Counted from the stretch's first letter, positions 29,720 to 40,455 are shown. The stretch: DNA of 64,000 bases from Polyangiaceae bacterium (GCA_965222375.1 CBDCTZ010000013.1:384001-448000), one strand, 5' to 3'. Translations and numbers: made by a program. The notes: a model not told the origin generated them from the sequence alone.

Positions 29720-30973
29720 TCAACCCCAGCATCGCCCTAGTCGAAAGCGTCTCAAAAAGCCTATCGCCAAACAGCCGAGTAAGAAGCCCAGCGCAGGTCG
29801 TGGGCCGCGACGCGGGACACCGCAGGCACAGCTGCCCTCGACCGGGTCTGTGCCATCGGAATTGCCCACGGTCGGGTCGGAGCCCGGCCCACTGCCGACC
29901 ACCGCGCCGCTCGCCCCCCAACCCGAAGCTGCGGCGCCGCCCGCGCCACCTAGGGAGTAGGGGGCGCCAGCCAGTCCTGCCCCAGCCGCCCCGGCCACTC
30001 CGACGCCGCCGGCGCCACCGATCCCCTGCGAATCATCGATGTCCAAGTGGAACGTCTGAACGTTGAACTGCCCGCCGCTGTCGGCAACCCGCGCGTCGAA
30101 TTGAAAGCTTCCAGCCACTGTGGGTGTGCCGCCGATACTTCCTCCTGCCTCGAGGCTGAGCCCGCTGGGCAAGCTCGAGCCGGGCTCGAGGGAGAAAACC
30201 AACGGCGCTTTTCCATTTTGCGCACTGAGTCGAGCGGGCCCGTAGCTCTGTCCAACCGTGCCGTTGGGAAGCGAGGTGGTCGCCCAGACTAGACCACCCG
30301 GACACGGCAATGCATCGGGACCGAAGGGGCCACCCGGGATCAGATCAATGATCAGGTTGGAAAACTTCCATCCGACCGGCGCCCCTACGGGCGAGGCCGG
30401 ATTCTTGAAACTGAAGATCACGACCAGGCCCTGCTTGCCCGGTGAGATGGACTTCGTCACCGGGCGCTGGATGAAGTTCGTGGCGCCTCCGCCAGTTGCC
30501 GTGGTCGTGTGAGTGCCTTTCTCCGCGTCGTGGCTGATCGACACCTTGTACACAGTGTTTTCTTTCCAGGCGGCGGGCTCACTCCAATTCCGGGCTTCGG
30601 TTTCGAGACTGGTTATCTGGTGCGGGTTCTTCTTCCGGATCAAGAACCAGTCGTACTGCTGATTCACGTTGTACGGCAGATTTCGGACCCAACTTATTGG
30701 GTAGTAGTCCGCCCCGGGTATCCATGAGCCGATCTCCATGTCGTAGCTCATGCTGAGCTTCTTGTAGTGCTTGGACTTTTCGACCGGCAGGTTGATGCGC
30801 AGCTCGTCGCCTGGGGACTTCGGGCTCCAAGCCGTCGAAACACCTTGGTAGTGCACCGGCTGGCTAGCAGGGCATTGTGCGCCGGCGGCGGAAGCGGAGG
30901 GGCTCGCCAAAGCGAGGGCGAGTGCTGGCAGTGCCGCGCACAGTGAGAAGCCGTACCTGAATCGTCCGAGCAT
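29720..30973 (-). CDS. Secreted protein with a putative Ig domain and MYXO-CTERM sorting signal
   Basis: Signal peptide; LPNGTVGQSY..LPSGLSL..IGGTPT (He_PIG-like); C-terminal SCACGV..hydrophobic..RRFR. Confidence 0.82.
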   Translation of the reverse strand: MLGRFRYGFSLCAALPALALALASPSASAAGAQCPASQPVHYQGVSTAWSPKSPGDELRINLPVEKSKHYKKLSMSYDMEIGSWIPGADYYPISWVRNLPYNVNQQYDWFLIRKKNPHQITSLETEARNWSEPAAWKENTVYKVSISHDAEKGTHTTTATGGGATNFIQRPVTKSISPGKQGLVVIFSFKNPASPVGAPVGWKFSNLIIDLIPGGPFGPDALPCPGGLVWATTSLPNGTVGQSYGPARLSAQNGKAPLVFSLEPGSSLPSGLSLEAGGSIGGTPTVAGSFQFDARVADSGGQFNVQTFHLDIDDSQGIGGAGGVGVAGAAGAGLAGAPYSLGGAGGAAASGWGASGAVVGSGPGSDPTVGNSDGTDPVEGSCACGVPRRGPRPALGFLLGCLAIGFLRRFRLGRCWG

Positions 30974-31228
30974 AGCGAGACGGATCACTGCACGCGGCGT
31001 GCCACCCGTCTGCGCGGCGTTTTGCGCGGCCGCGCAGCAGAGGCCAGCCGCGTTGACAACCGCGGGTTGGCACCCCCCCGTTGCGCCGCACTTGCGTGAT
31101 CGTTGGCCGCGCGGAACTCGATAGCCCGTTGGACACCGACGCCGCACCCCTTGGCTCTTGGGTTGTCGAAGCACGTCTCGAGGGCGCGGGCTTGGACAAA
31201 GCAAGCGCTATCTCGTATTCAACGGAGC

Positions 31229-31393
31229 ATGTGTCTGATTTGCCTCGACTTCGAAAAAGGAAAGCTCACCACTCGTGAAGCGCGTCGCGCGCTCGGAGAG
31301 ATGGCGCCGCAGCTCGAACCAGACCACCTCCGAGAGGTGGAATCGCTAATCGAGGAGGCGGAGGCGGAAGAAGCAGCTCAGAGCGAGGGCTAA
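31229..31393 (+). CDS. Small (54 aa) protein with N-terminal CxxC
   Basis: GGAG just upstream of the ATG; MCLICLDFEKGKLTTREARRALGEM... Confidence 0.65.
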   Translation: MCLICLDFEKGKLTTREARRALGEMAPQLEPDHLREVESLIEEAEAEEAAQSEG

Positions 31394-31608
31394 CGATTTC
31401 CGCGACGGAAACGACGCTAGCGGTGAGCAGGGCGCGGGCAGCGCTCGATCGTGGCGCGAAGGTCGAAGGCTATGGTCCGGGCTTCGGCGCCACATCCTCG
31501 ACGCCCGGTGAGTGGCAGCGGCGGTAGTCTCGCCTGCGGGCGACGCCTCGTCACGCGTTGCCTGATTGTGAGACCCGTGCGACCCTGGGTGGTGTTGGTG
31601 GAGGGACG

Positions 31609-32139
31609 ATGAAGCGGGAAGCGACCTGGATCTTTGTGGCTGTTCTGACGATGGCCTCCTCGCCGGCGTGTGGAGGTGACGACGACTCCGGTGGCGGGAG
31701 CGGCGGGAGTGCGGGGAGTGCGGGCTCAGGAGCGACGGGCGGTTCTGGCGGCGCCGGGGCAACGGGCGGCGTGGCCACCGGCGGCACGAGCGGTTCCGGA
31801 GCGACGGGCGGCGTGGCCACCGGCGGCACGAGTGGTTCGGGGGCGACCGCCGGCGCGGGCGCGACCGGCGGCGGGGACGGAGGGACCGGTGACCCCCGCT
31901 GCCCCGGCGTCTGCGCCAAGGAAGCCGCAGCCAGCTGCCCGGGCTGGACGGAACCCGCGTGTCTGAAGGAATGCAACGACTCGGTCGCATCGGGCACGGC
32001 TGCCGGGTGCACCACCGAACTAGATGCGCTGGCCGCCTGCATTCTGGCGTCGGGCAGCTACACCTGCGACAGCGGCGGCGATACGGATCTGCAGGGCTGC
32101 GACTCCCAGCTCTCGGCATTCTTGAAGTGCGCCCCCTGA
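31609..32139 (+). CDS. Gly-linker lipoprotein with a 10-Cys domain
   Basis: SPAC lipobox-like motif; 36-bp duplicated linker; Cys spacing as at 17120 and 17507. Confidence 0.78.
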   Translation: MKREATWIFVAVLTMASSPACGGDDDSGGGSGGSAGSAGSGATGGSGGAGATGGVATGGTSGSGATGGVATGGTSGSGATAGAGATGGGDGGTGDPRCPGVCAKEAAASCPGWTEPACLKECNDSVASGTAAGCTTELDALAACILASGSYTCDSGGDTDLQGCDSQLSAFLKCAP

Positions 32140-32205
32140 GCCTGAATTTCGACAAGCTCATCGCGGTCACTGAAACCAGCGGGCCTCGCGCAGCGTTTAT
32201 CTAGC

Positions 32206-32640
32206 GTGGAAGTTAGTCAACCGCGGCTCGCACTCTACCACTACGACTCTTGTGGCTACTGCCAGATGGTTCGCTCGGACCTAGCCGATTCCGGGCTGGA
32301 GGTGGAGCTGCGCAACATTCACAAGGTGTCGGCACATCGGGACGCGCTGATGGAAGCGATGGGTCGCACGACCGTGCCAGTGCTGCGCATCGAGGACGCA
32401 GATGGCAGCGTGCGCTGGCTCCCGGAGTCCGCTGATATCGTCCGCTATCTGAGGAGGTTGACGGGGCGACCCGATCCGCCGGTCATATCCGGCGACGGAC
32501 TTCTACACGCGTTGCCCTGGCTCTTGCTCGTCATCGGCCTCGTCGCGGGCGACCCCTTCAAGACGCCGATCATCATCGCCGGCGTCGCGCTGATCGCCCT
32601 GCGGCTCGTACTACGCCTAAGGCGACGGCTCACCGCTTGA
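32206..32640 (+). CDS. Glutaredoxin-like protein with a C-terminal membrane hairpin
   Basis: CGYC, TTVPVL, WLPESADIV, then two TM segments. Confidence 0.85.
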   Translation: MEVSQPRLALYHYDSCGYCQMVRSDLADSGLEVELRNIHKVSAHRDALMEAMGRTTVPVLRIEDADGSVRWLPESADIVRYLRRLTGRPDPPVISGDGLLHALPWLLLVIGLVAGDPFKTPIIIAGVALIALRLVLRLRRRLTA

Positions 32641-32712
32641 AGATCGGCAGCTAGTCCCAGTTGACGACTGTCAATCTGGTGCACGCTCCTCACGCCAAGT
32701 GCTAGGACCGGC

Positions 32713-33754
32713 TTGATGATCCATCGGGGTGCATCGATGGCGCTGGTAGTTGTGGCCGCCGTCGCAACTATAGCCTTCGTCTCGGGATGTACCGGCGACG
32801 ACAAGGCCGCGCCCCTGTCATCGGGCACCGGTGGAACCGCCGGGGCGAGCGCCACATGCGGCCCGGCTCGCGCGCCCATGAACTTGGAGACGAGCAGCGG
32901 CACGCTCTACGGCACCGTGCAGTTGCCCAACGGCTGCGCGCCGTTCCCGGTCGTCCTGATTCATGCAGGCTCGGGGCCAACCGATCGCGATGGCAACTCC
33001 TGGGGTCTCAGCATCAAGAACGACAGCCTGAAACTCCTCGCCGAAGGGCTTGCCGAGCGAGACATCGCCAGCGTCCGCTTCGACAAACGCGGCATCGCGG
33101 CAAGCCAATCCGCCGGTCCGACCCAGGAAACGGACCACCGATTCGAGATGTACGTGGAGGACTTCGCCGCCTGGACCCGAAAGGTGGCAAGCGATCCGCG
33201 CTTCAGCCACGTCACTCTGATTGGGCACAGCGAGGGCGCGCTCATTGGTACGCTCTCCTCGCACACGGACGCCCCGGACGCGTTCGTCTCGCTGGCCGGA
33301 GCCGGCCGCCCAGCAGCCGACGTGCTCCGAGAGCAATTGGGCAAGAACTTGACCGGCGCGCTTCTTACCGAAGCAAACGCTATCCTCGATCAGCTAGAGC
33401 AAGGCAAGACTGTCGATCAGGTGTCGCCAGATCTCCGCAGCACATTTCGCGCGAGCGTTCAGCCGTACCTGCTCTCGTGGTTCAAGTACGATCCGGCGGT
33501 CGAATTCGCCAAACTCGCCATGCCTACAGTGATCGCCCAGGGCAGCACTGACGTTTCAAATCGGCGTGGCGGACGCAAAGCTCCTTTCCGCGAGCAACCC
33601 CAGCGCGACCCTCGCAATCATCGACGGCATGCAGCACGTGCTCAAAGCGGCAACCCTAGATGACGCCTCTCAAAACGCGGCGTATACGGACCCATCCCTG
33701 CCAATCGTACCCGAGCTCTTCGACGCCATCACGCCCGTCGCAAAAGGCCCATGA
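32713..33754 (+). pseudogene. Alpha/beta hydrolase lipoprotein with a frameshift near the 3' end
   Basis: VSGC lipobox, GSGPTDRDGN, GHSEG. Removing one T at 33554-33556 gives GSTDVQIGVADAK..GMQHVLK. Confidence 0.8.
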
Positions 33755-33768
33755 CAGGATCAAACCCA

Positions 33769-35781
33769 ATGCCCACTTCGTTCGAAAACCCGTTGATTCA
33801 TCAGCCGTCGCGTTCGCTGCCGAAGAGCGTTGCCATCATTGGTGCCGGCACCATCGGCCCGGATATTGGCTACTACCTGAAGAGCGCGCTGCCAGACCTG
33901 AAACTCGTCCTCGTAGATGTTGAACAGAAGGCGCTCGACGGGGCGCTAGAGCGCATCCATGGATACGTCAAAAAGGGCGTCGCCAAGGGCAAGCTCAGCG
34001 AGGCCGTAGCTGCCAAGGTCACGGACCGACTGGTCGCCACGCTGGACTACGCGGAGATTTCCGAGTGCGACTGGGTGATCGAAGCAGCGACCGAAAACCT
34101 GGACCTCAAGCGCAAGATCTTCAAACAGGTCGAAAGCCTGGTTCGACCGGACGCCGTGATCACGTCCAACACGAGTTCTCTACCGGCGTCGCGCATGTTT
34201 TCCCAGCTCGAGCGCAAAGGCAGGGCCACGGTGACTCACTTCTTCGCCCCGGCTTTTCGTAATCCGGCAGTCGAGGTGGTGCGCCACAAGGCGGTCGATC
34301 CAGAAACGGTCGAGTACCTGCGCTGGGTGTTTGCCCACACGGGGAAGGTTCCCCTGGTAACCGACGACGTCGTCTGCTTCATGCTGGACCGAGTCTTCGA
34401 CAATTGGTGCAACGAGGCGGCGTATCTGCTCGACGGCGCAACGGCCTCCGAGATTGATAGTGTGGCGATGGACCTGGTCCAAGCTGGCCCGTTCTTCGTT
34501 CTCAATCTCGCCAACGGCAATCCAATCATCGTCGAGACCAACACGCTCCAGATGAAGGAGGAGGGCGAGCACTACCGGCCAGCTCCCATTTTCAACTCTG
34601 TGGACCGCTGGAAGACCGTCCCCCCAGGCAAGGGAGTGAACGTAGCGCCGGAAAGCCGGCAGCAAATCCATGATCGCCTACTCGGAGTGCTGTTGTCGCA
34701 GTCCTTAGAGATCGTCGATCGCCGGATTGGCGGCGCCGCGGACTTGGATCTCGGCTGTGTCCTCGCCTTGGGATTCAAGCGGGGCCCGATGCACTTGATC
34801 CAGACGCTCGAAGATCAGGAGCTGCGCCGAGTCTTGGCTCGCTTCGGCAAAGAGCGCCCAGGCATGCCCATGCCGAAACAGGATCCGGACGCATACCGGA
34901 AGTTTCGCCGCCACGTCCTGGTCGATGACATTGACGGCGTCAAGACGCTCACTCTGCGCCGGCCCCAAGCCATGAACGCGTTGGACGACGATGTGACCGA
35001 CGAGCTCTTGGCGGTGATCGAAGAGTTCGAAAAGGATGATGACACGATCGGCTTCGCCATCACCGGCTACGGCGGCCGGGCCTTCTGTGCGGGAGCGGAC
35101 ATCGGCAGATTCCCAGAGCTGCTGGGCAAGGCAGAGCCCGCCGCTCAGTTTGCTCGGGATTGTTCACGCTTGTTGCTGCATCTCGATGCGATGGACAAGC
35201 CCGTGGTCGCTGCGCTCAATGGCATGGCGCTTGGGGGTGGCCTCGAACTCGCCTTGCGATGCCATGGTCGCGTCGCGGTGCGAGAAGCGTTCGTGCAGCT
35301 ACCCGAAGTCACGCTGGGGATCGCCCCGGGGATTGGCGCCTTGGTGGTTCCCTACCGCAAGTGGCCCGATGCTGCGCCAATCCTGCATGAGATGCTGCGC
35401 GTCGGACGCAAACTGGGAGCAAAAGAAGCGCACGAGCTTGGCATCATCAACGAGTTCGCGGATGACTATGCCTCCCTGATCCAGTCCGCGGTGGGAAGGG
35501 TGAAGGCCCTCGTGGGCAAAGTGGAAGGCATCCCCGACGGCCCAGTGGCCATCAGCGCCCCGGAGCCGCTCGACGCCGCTGCGGGCAAACGGCCGCTCAG
35601 CAATGAAGTGGTCGGCATCATCAGCCAGGCGATCATGGACGCGGCGGCCGCGCCCACTGCCGCAGACGCACTAGAGATCGGTTACCGCGCCTTTGCAGCG
35701 ACCGCGTGTACGGCCGCTGCCAAAGAAGGCATCAGCGCCTTCCAACAACGCCGAAAGCCCGATTTCGTGAAGACGGGCTAG
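33769..35781 (+). CDS. 3-hydroxyacyl-CoA dehydrogenase / enoyl-CoA hydratase fusion (HAD N-terminal, ECH C-terminal)
   Basis: GAGTIG, VIEAATE, SNTSSL, HFFAP; then AFCAGADI, ALGGGLELAL, PEVTLG. Alternative start at 33751. Confidence 0.92.
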   Translation: MPTSFENPLIHQPSRSLPKSVAIIGAGTIGPDIGYYLKSALPDLKLVLVDVEQKALDGALERIHGYVKKGVAKGKLSEAVAAKVTDRLVATLDYAEISECDWVIEAATENLDLKRKIFKQVESLVRPDAVITSNTSSLPASRMFSQLERKGRATVTHFFAPAFRNPAVEVVRHKAVDPETVEYLRWVFAHTGKVPLVTDDVVCFMLDRVFDNWCNEAAYLLDGATASEIDSVAMDLVQAGPFFVLNLANGNPIIVETNTLQMKEEGEHYRPAPIFNSVDRWKTVPPGKGVNVAPESRQQIHDRLLGVLLSQSLEIVDRRIGGAADLDLGCVLALGFKRGPMHLIQTLEDQELRRVLARFGKERPGMPMPKQDPDAYRKFRRHVLVDDIDGVKTLTLRRPQAMNALDDDVTDELLAVIEEFEKDDDTIGFAITGYGGRAFCAGADIGRFPELLGKAEPAAQFARDCSRLLLHLDAMDKPVVAALNGMALGGGLELALRCHGRVAVREAFVQLPEVTLGIAPGIGALVVPYRKWPDAAPILHEMLRVGRKLGAKEAHELGIINEFADDYASLIQSAVGRVKALVGKVEGIPDGPVAISAPEPLDAAAGKRPLSNEVVGIISQAIMDAAAAPTAADALEIGYRAFAATACTAAAKEGISAFQQRRKPDFVKTG

Positions 35782-35870
35782 CACCCACAACCTCGTCGCG
35801 CCGGCGCTGCACCTGCGCACCATTGCGCCCGAACCGCCGCTACTCTGACTCAACGGCCGCTGGACAACGC

Positions 35871-36473
35871 TCAGCTTCCGCAGGGTTTGTTGAGTTGGGC
35901 CAGGGCGATGTGTTTGGGCCGTTCAGCGCTGGCGGGCCAACTGACAAAGAGGCTGGCAAAGCTGTCTCCGCGGCAGATCCGAACCTTTGGGTACTTGCCC
36001 TTCTTCAGCCGCACGACGAATGAACCGTGCTGTCCCTGGATGAAGGATTCGAAGTAGTCAACGTTCTTTGTGCCAAAGCCGTCCATCTTTTCATAGCCTG
36101 TGACCTTGCCGCGGCAGGTGACCTGAAGCCACTCCCGCAGCACCATCAAGGTGCAGTCCTTGGCTTGGCTTCCCGCGCCTTGGGTGTTGACGGCAATACC
36201 GTCGTCCCATTCGCTACCCTTGGGCGGATCAGACTTGGTTTCCGGGATCGCGGGAACGCCCTTTTCGTTCACGTCGGGCTTGGCCGCGCGCTTGGGCTCG
36301 GGCGTCTCGGGCTCGGGAGCCTCGGGTGCTGGAGTGGCGGACGGCGCTGCCGCGGGGGCCACGCTCGCGCTGCTCGCGGTGGCCTTCTCCGTGTCTCCTT
36401 GCTTGCAGGCCAAGAGAGCCAAAACGAGAGTGCCCAGACAAGTGAATGATTTCCGTGATGAAAGAGTTCCCAT
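35871..36473 (-). CDS. Hypothetical lipoprotein
   Basis: LLAC lipobox, Pro/Ala linker, Cys-containing C-terminal domain (REWLQVTC). Confidence 0.75.
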   Translation of the reverse strand: MGTLSSRKSFTCLGTLVLALLACKQGDTEKATASSASVAPAAAPSATPAPEAPEPETPEPKRAAKPDVNEKGVPAIPETKSDPPKGSEWDDGIAVNTQGAGSQAKDCTLMVLREWLQVTCRGKVTGYEKMDGFGTKNVDYFESFIQGQHGSFVVRLKKGKYPKVRICRGDSFASLFVSWPASAERPKHIALAQLNKPCGS

Positions 36474-36824
36474 GATGAGTCCTGCTGCAGGTGGCGGAGT
36501 GGGCCGGATGGCAGCGACCCTGACCTTTTGGCGAGCGCGCTTCAAGAGACAAGGACCGCGGCCCAACTGCTTACGATATCGAGACCCATTTCTGCCCGAC
36601 CCATCGCACATGTAATCAAGCGTAATCGCGGACTCGACCATCCCGACTGGGTTGGGCAAGCTCATAACGGAACGTCGTGCTTCCTTCGATGGTGGCTACC
36701 TGGAGTGCTTCAACTCCCAGGGCACGACAACAGTCAGCCATGCTGCTACGGCCCCAGCATCGGTTGGGTGTACGAAGACTTGAGCTGGGAAGTTTGCTCC
36801 TAGGCCGCGAGGTGCCGGCGGCCC

Positions 36825-38072
36825 TCACGGATCCAATGCCGCGAGCTCGCTGGGTGGTTCGCTCTCACCGGAAACGATGTACTCGCGGTCCGTGTCGATG
36901 AAGGTCGAGATGGCGCCGGCCATGGCCTCCGCGATTTGACGCGCTGTCTCCCGTTGCTCGGAGGTCGGTCTGCGAGGCATGCCCGTTTTTGGGTCGAAGG
37001 TGCAGACGAGGTCCTTGCGAACTTCGACCCCCAAAGAGCTGGGTCGGTCCGGGGACCGTCGATAGCGCGTCACGATGTCTGTCTCGTTCACGAAGTTGCG
37101 CACCTTGGCGTAGGCGTCGAGGGCGGGCGCCATGCGTTTTTGCTCGCTGGTGGAGACCTTGCGAAAGCGATGGATGAAGCTCCTGCAGCCCTCGGCCTCC
37201 GCCAGTCGCAAGTTGGTGTCCAGCAGCATCGTCCAGACCAGCTTGTAGGCCGGGTCCTCGCGGGTGCCGGGGTGCTCCGCCTCGAAGGCCCGGCGCAAGT
37301 AGCGGAAGAAGAACCAAACCTGAGCCCTGAGTTCGATGCTGCCGTCGGGCAACAGGTAGGGATGATTGTGAACCACACGAAAGCCGGATCGTTCCAGGTT
37401 CAGACTGATCCGATCCCGAAGAACCCGACTGCAGGTCGATTCAGCCAAATCGTCGGGGTAAAGCGGATCGAAAACCCCGAAGGTCATGCAGGCGTCGCGC
37501 TGGTAGCTCCGGGGCAGGCTGATCAGGCTGACGTGCGCGCGCTTGGTCGCGCTGGCGTGTACTTCGTCGTAGCTATGCAATCCAATGTTGATCAAATTGC
37601 TGTCCAGATGCGCTTCCATCGCACTGGAGATGGCGTCGTAGTAGCCTTCCAGCAGCGATGTTTTCTGCCTGTGGTCGAGGGCTTGAGAATAGAGCTGCCC
37701 GATGGCCAAGCGCTCCAGCGGGTCGATCACACCTTGGGGCGTACTGCCCGGAAAACGGTTGAAGTCGAGCAGCACACGCGCGATTCGGCAGCGTGCGTAG
37801 CCCCCGACGCCAAGAGCTGCTGCCAAGTGAGAGGCGACCAGATTCGAACCCCAGTCCCGGGTCTTTACGTGCTGGCGCGCGAGTACTTCGGGGTCGACGA
37901 GGGGAGTGCCATCCTCGCGAAACCGAAAGTGCCGAGGAATAGCCGCGCCGTCGTGAGGGGTGTAGATCAGCGCGCGGTTCCGAAACTCCTCCGGAAGTAC
38001 GTGGGGCCCCTCCGCGGGCACCTCGCAGTACTCGATCGGAGGATCGCAGGGGCGGTCGAAATCAGGAGACAT
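36825..38072 (-). CDS. N-formylglutamate amidohydrolase-family protein (extended)
   Basis: YTPHDG, DWGS, RVLLDFNR, LHSY, HNHPY, GVEVRKDL. Confidence 0.8.
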   Translation of the reverse strand: MSPDFDRPCDPPIEYCEVPAEGPHVLPEEFRNRALIYTPHDGAAIPRHFRFREDGTPLVDPEVLARQHVKTRDWGSNLVASHLAAALGVGGYARCRIARVLLDFNRFPGSTPQGVIDPLERLAIGQLYSQALDHRQKTSLLEGYYDAISSAMEAHLDSNLINIGLHSYDEVHASATKRAHVSLISLPRSYQRDACMTFGVFDPLYPDDLAESTCSRVLRDRISLNLERSGFRVVHNHPYLLPDGSIELRAQVWFFFRYLRRAFEAEHPGTREDPAYKLVWTMLLDTNLRLAEAEGCRSFIHRFRKVSTSEQKRMAPALDAYAKVRNFVNETDIVTRYRRSPDRPSSLGVEVRKDLVCTFDPKTGMPRRPTSEQRETARQIAEAMAGAISTFIDTDREYIVSGESEPPSELAALDP

Positions 38073-38308
38073 TACGAAGCACGAAGTTTTACCGCGAATG
38101 CGCCGGTTAGCTGCATGAAATGGGCGATCTCCGGCAATGCCCCACCCCGCACCTCGCACGCAAGGCAAACCACCCGCGCCAATCGAGGGTCCTGCCAGGG
38201 CTCAGGGTGGCTGGCCTCGGCCGGCTGTACGACGAAAATGAGCTGTGGATCCTGTACGATCCACCGACGGGTTCCGCCAGACACATCGCGAAGGGGGCGG
38301 GAAAACCA

Positions 38309-38959
38309 ATGGACAACCAAAGCCTGGAAGACGCCGCTGCATTCCTTGCCGAACTTGCGGAGGACCTTGGCGGGGACGATGCGGCGGCAAACGCCCGGCA
38401 GAAGCTGCACGAAGTGATGGCTCACTGGCGAGTGCTCGATCAAGTGGACCCCTCGCCTACGTCCCTGGCGATGGCAAGAATTCTCGCGGCAGCGTGCCTC
38501 GCGGAGCGGATGGGTACCGACGAAATGAAGGAGTTCGGTGACTTCGCCGCGAACCTGTTGGTTCGCACTGATGACGTGCTTGTCGTCGACGGTAGGCGGT
38601 ACACGCGGGCTGAATACGCAAGCGCCTTCCATTCATCTGGGCGGGCGACAGCAACGGGAGTGATCGCGGGCGGCGACCTACGATTGACGCCCGAAGCAGA
38701 TCTCGCGTCGCTCGCAGTTGCAGCTGGCGAGTGCATCCAAAACGGAACGAAGGCTGACCAGATGGTCGACACGCTACTCGAATCCCTGCACCTGGAGTTC
38801 CGGTCTCCGCTCCGCGCTTCATTGATTCGGAAGCACGGTTGGTACTTTCATCGCGCAGTCCGCGACTCGCTACGCCCGGTGGTCGAAGAGGCGCTCTCCG
38901 CCGAGGGCTCAGACGCAAGCCTTGTGGCTCGGGAGGTTTATTCGGCACTTCAGGATTGA
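38309..38959 (+). CDS. Hypothetical protein
   Basis: Helical, acidic ORF. Start uncertain; the frame is open from 38120. Confidence 0.5.
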   Translation: MDNQSLEDAAAFLAELAEDLGGDDAAANARQKLHEVMAHWRVLDQVDPSPTSLAMARILAAACLAERMGTDEMKEFGDFAANLLVRTDDVLVVDGRRYTRAEYASAFHSSGRATATGVIAGGDLRLTPEADLASLAVAAGECIQNGTKADQMVDTLLESLHLEFRSPLRASLIRKHGWYFHRAVRDSLRPVVEEALSAEGSDASLVAREVYSALQD

Positions 38960-38994
38960 GCCGCAATCACTACCTCTGCGCAGCGTAATGCCCG

Positions 38995-39306
38995 TCACAC
39001 TCTCGTGAGGTGCCGCTGATAGTAGATCGGCATCACAAACGGGCCACAGCTGAGAAACAGCAATCCCCAAAGCACCTTGCCACCGGCCTCCAGGTACGGG
39101 TTTCGGATGGCATGGACGAGGTACAGCACCGCCAAAACCACCGAAAGGAACATGGTGATCAGGTGCACACCGAAGAGCACCAAAAAACCCATACCCAAAT
39201 CTAGACCGCTCTGGACGGCCGCGAAGACCAGTACGAAAAAGAGGACGTAACCCGCGACCCAATACGTGGCGAACTTGAACCACCCTGCTCTGTAGACACC
39301 ATCCAC
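38995..39306 (-). CDS. Small membrane protein
   Basis: Three hydrophobic segments; GGGAGG upstream of the GTG. Confidence 0.65.
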   Translation of the reverse strand: MDGVYRAGWFKFATYWVAGYVLFFVLVFAAVQSGLDLGMGFLVLFGVHLITMFLSVVLAVLYLVHAIRNPYLEAGGKVLWGLLFLSCGPFVMPIYYQRHLTRV

Positions 39307-39534
39307 CAGACGCCTCCCGTGTTCGAGATGAGGCAAAAGGCTCGGTCGCCCAGTACGTCACGTCAACCAACCGCAGCATCGCCGAGACTTGCTCCACGAT
39401 GAATCAACTCAGAAGCTCGGAGCATGACGATTCCGCGATCCGGCGCGCGGCGCGCCAGCGAGGGATCGCTCGAGAGTAGGGCCCCTGCTACGGCCATGTC
39501 CGCGACCCCCAAAAACCTCAAAGGACAATCTGGG

Positions 39535-40455
39535 TCAGGGCGCCAGGGCCCACGTCCAGACGGGAACCGTCAGCAGCGAGAGGGGCACACCGAGTCCCAC
39601 CATTAGACTGGCGAGGCGCGGTGCCAAGCCGGATTCGATGGCGAGCAGCGCACCGGTGATCATCGGCGCCATCGCGGCTTCCGCGATCGTGACCTGCGTC
39701 GCGAGACCACTCTGATCTAGGACGCGCAAGAGCAACACCGCCACGACGGCGGGAGTGAGCAATAGCCTCACGCCTAGGCCCGGCAGCAACTTGCCAGCTT
39801 CCGCCGACAACGCGCTCGAATCGAACCGCAGCTGCCAGCCAACACTGATCAACGCAAGAGGCACTACCAGCAAAGCGAGCTTTTCGAGCAACGAGTCGAG
39901 GGCAGCTGGGAAAGCGATTCGATGCAGCGCCAACGCCAGTACAAAGGCAATGAACGGGGGAAAGCTGATCAGCTTTCGGGTCATGGAGGCGACTGAGGGC
40001 TTGCCAGCGCCAGCTCCATAAGCCGCAGTGAGCACCCCGGCCGAAGCGAGGACCAGGAATTGTCCCTGGTCTACCCAAACTGCCATCGACATCCCTTCTT
40101 TGCCGAACAGCGCTTCGACCAGGGGGAAACCGACGAAGGATGTATTGGACAGGCCGGCGGTGAGCAACAGGCAAGCGATGACCTCCCGCGACCAGCCCGC
40201 AGCTCGCCCGAGCGGGACCAGCACCACTACGGCCACCAGCAAGAAGACCCACGGCATCAACAAGGCGATGGCTAGCTGGGCGGGGGCACGCTTGGAGAAA
40301 TCCACGCCGTGGATCGCTGACAGCGTGAGGGCGGGCAAAGCGACGTCGATCACCAGCCGATTCATCACCGTCGGCGTAGCGTCGGGAAATCGTCCCGACC
40401 GACGCGCCACGACGCCGACCACCAGACACACGACGACGAGCAGCAGGTTTTCCAA
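39535..40455 (-). CDS. AEC (auxin efflux carrier) family transporter
   Basis: VALPAL, SNTSFVGFP, EAAMAP; about 10 TM segments. Confidence 0.9.
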   Translation of the reverse strand: MENLLLVVVCLVVGVVARRSGRFPDATPTVMNRLVIDVALPALTLSAIHGVDFSKRAPAQLAIALLMPWVFLLVAVVVLVPLGRAAGWSREVIACLLLTAGLSNTSFVGFPLVEALFGKEGMSMAVWVDQGQFLVLASAGVLTAAYGAGAGKPSVASMTRKLISFPPFIAFVLALALHRIAFPAALDSLLEKLALLVVPLALISVGWQLRFDSSALSAEAGKLLPGLGVRLLLTPAVVAVLLLRVLDQSGLATQVTIAEAAMAPMITGALLAIESGLAPRLASLMVGLGVPLSLLTVPVWTWALAP

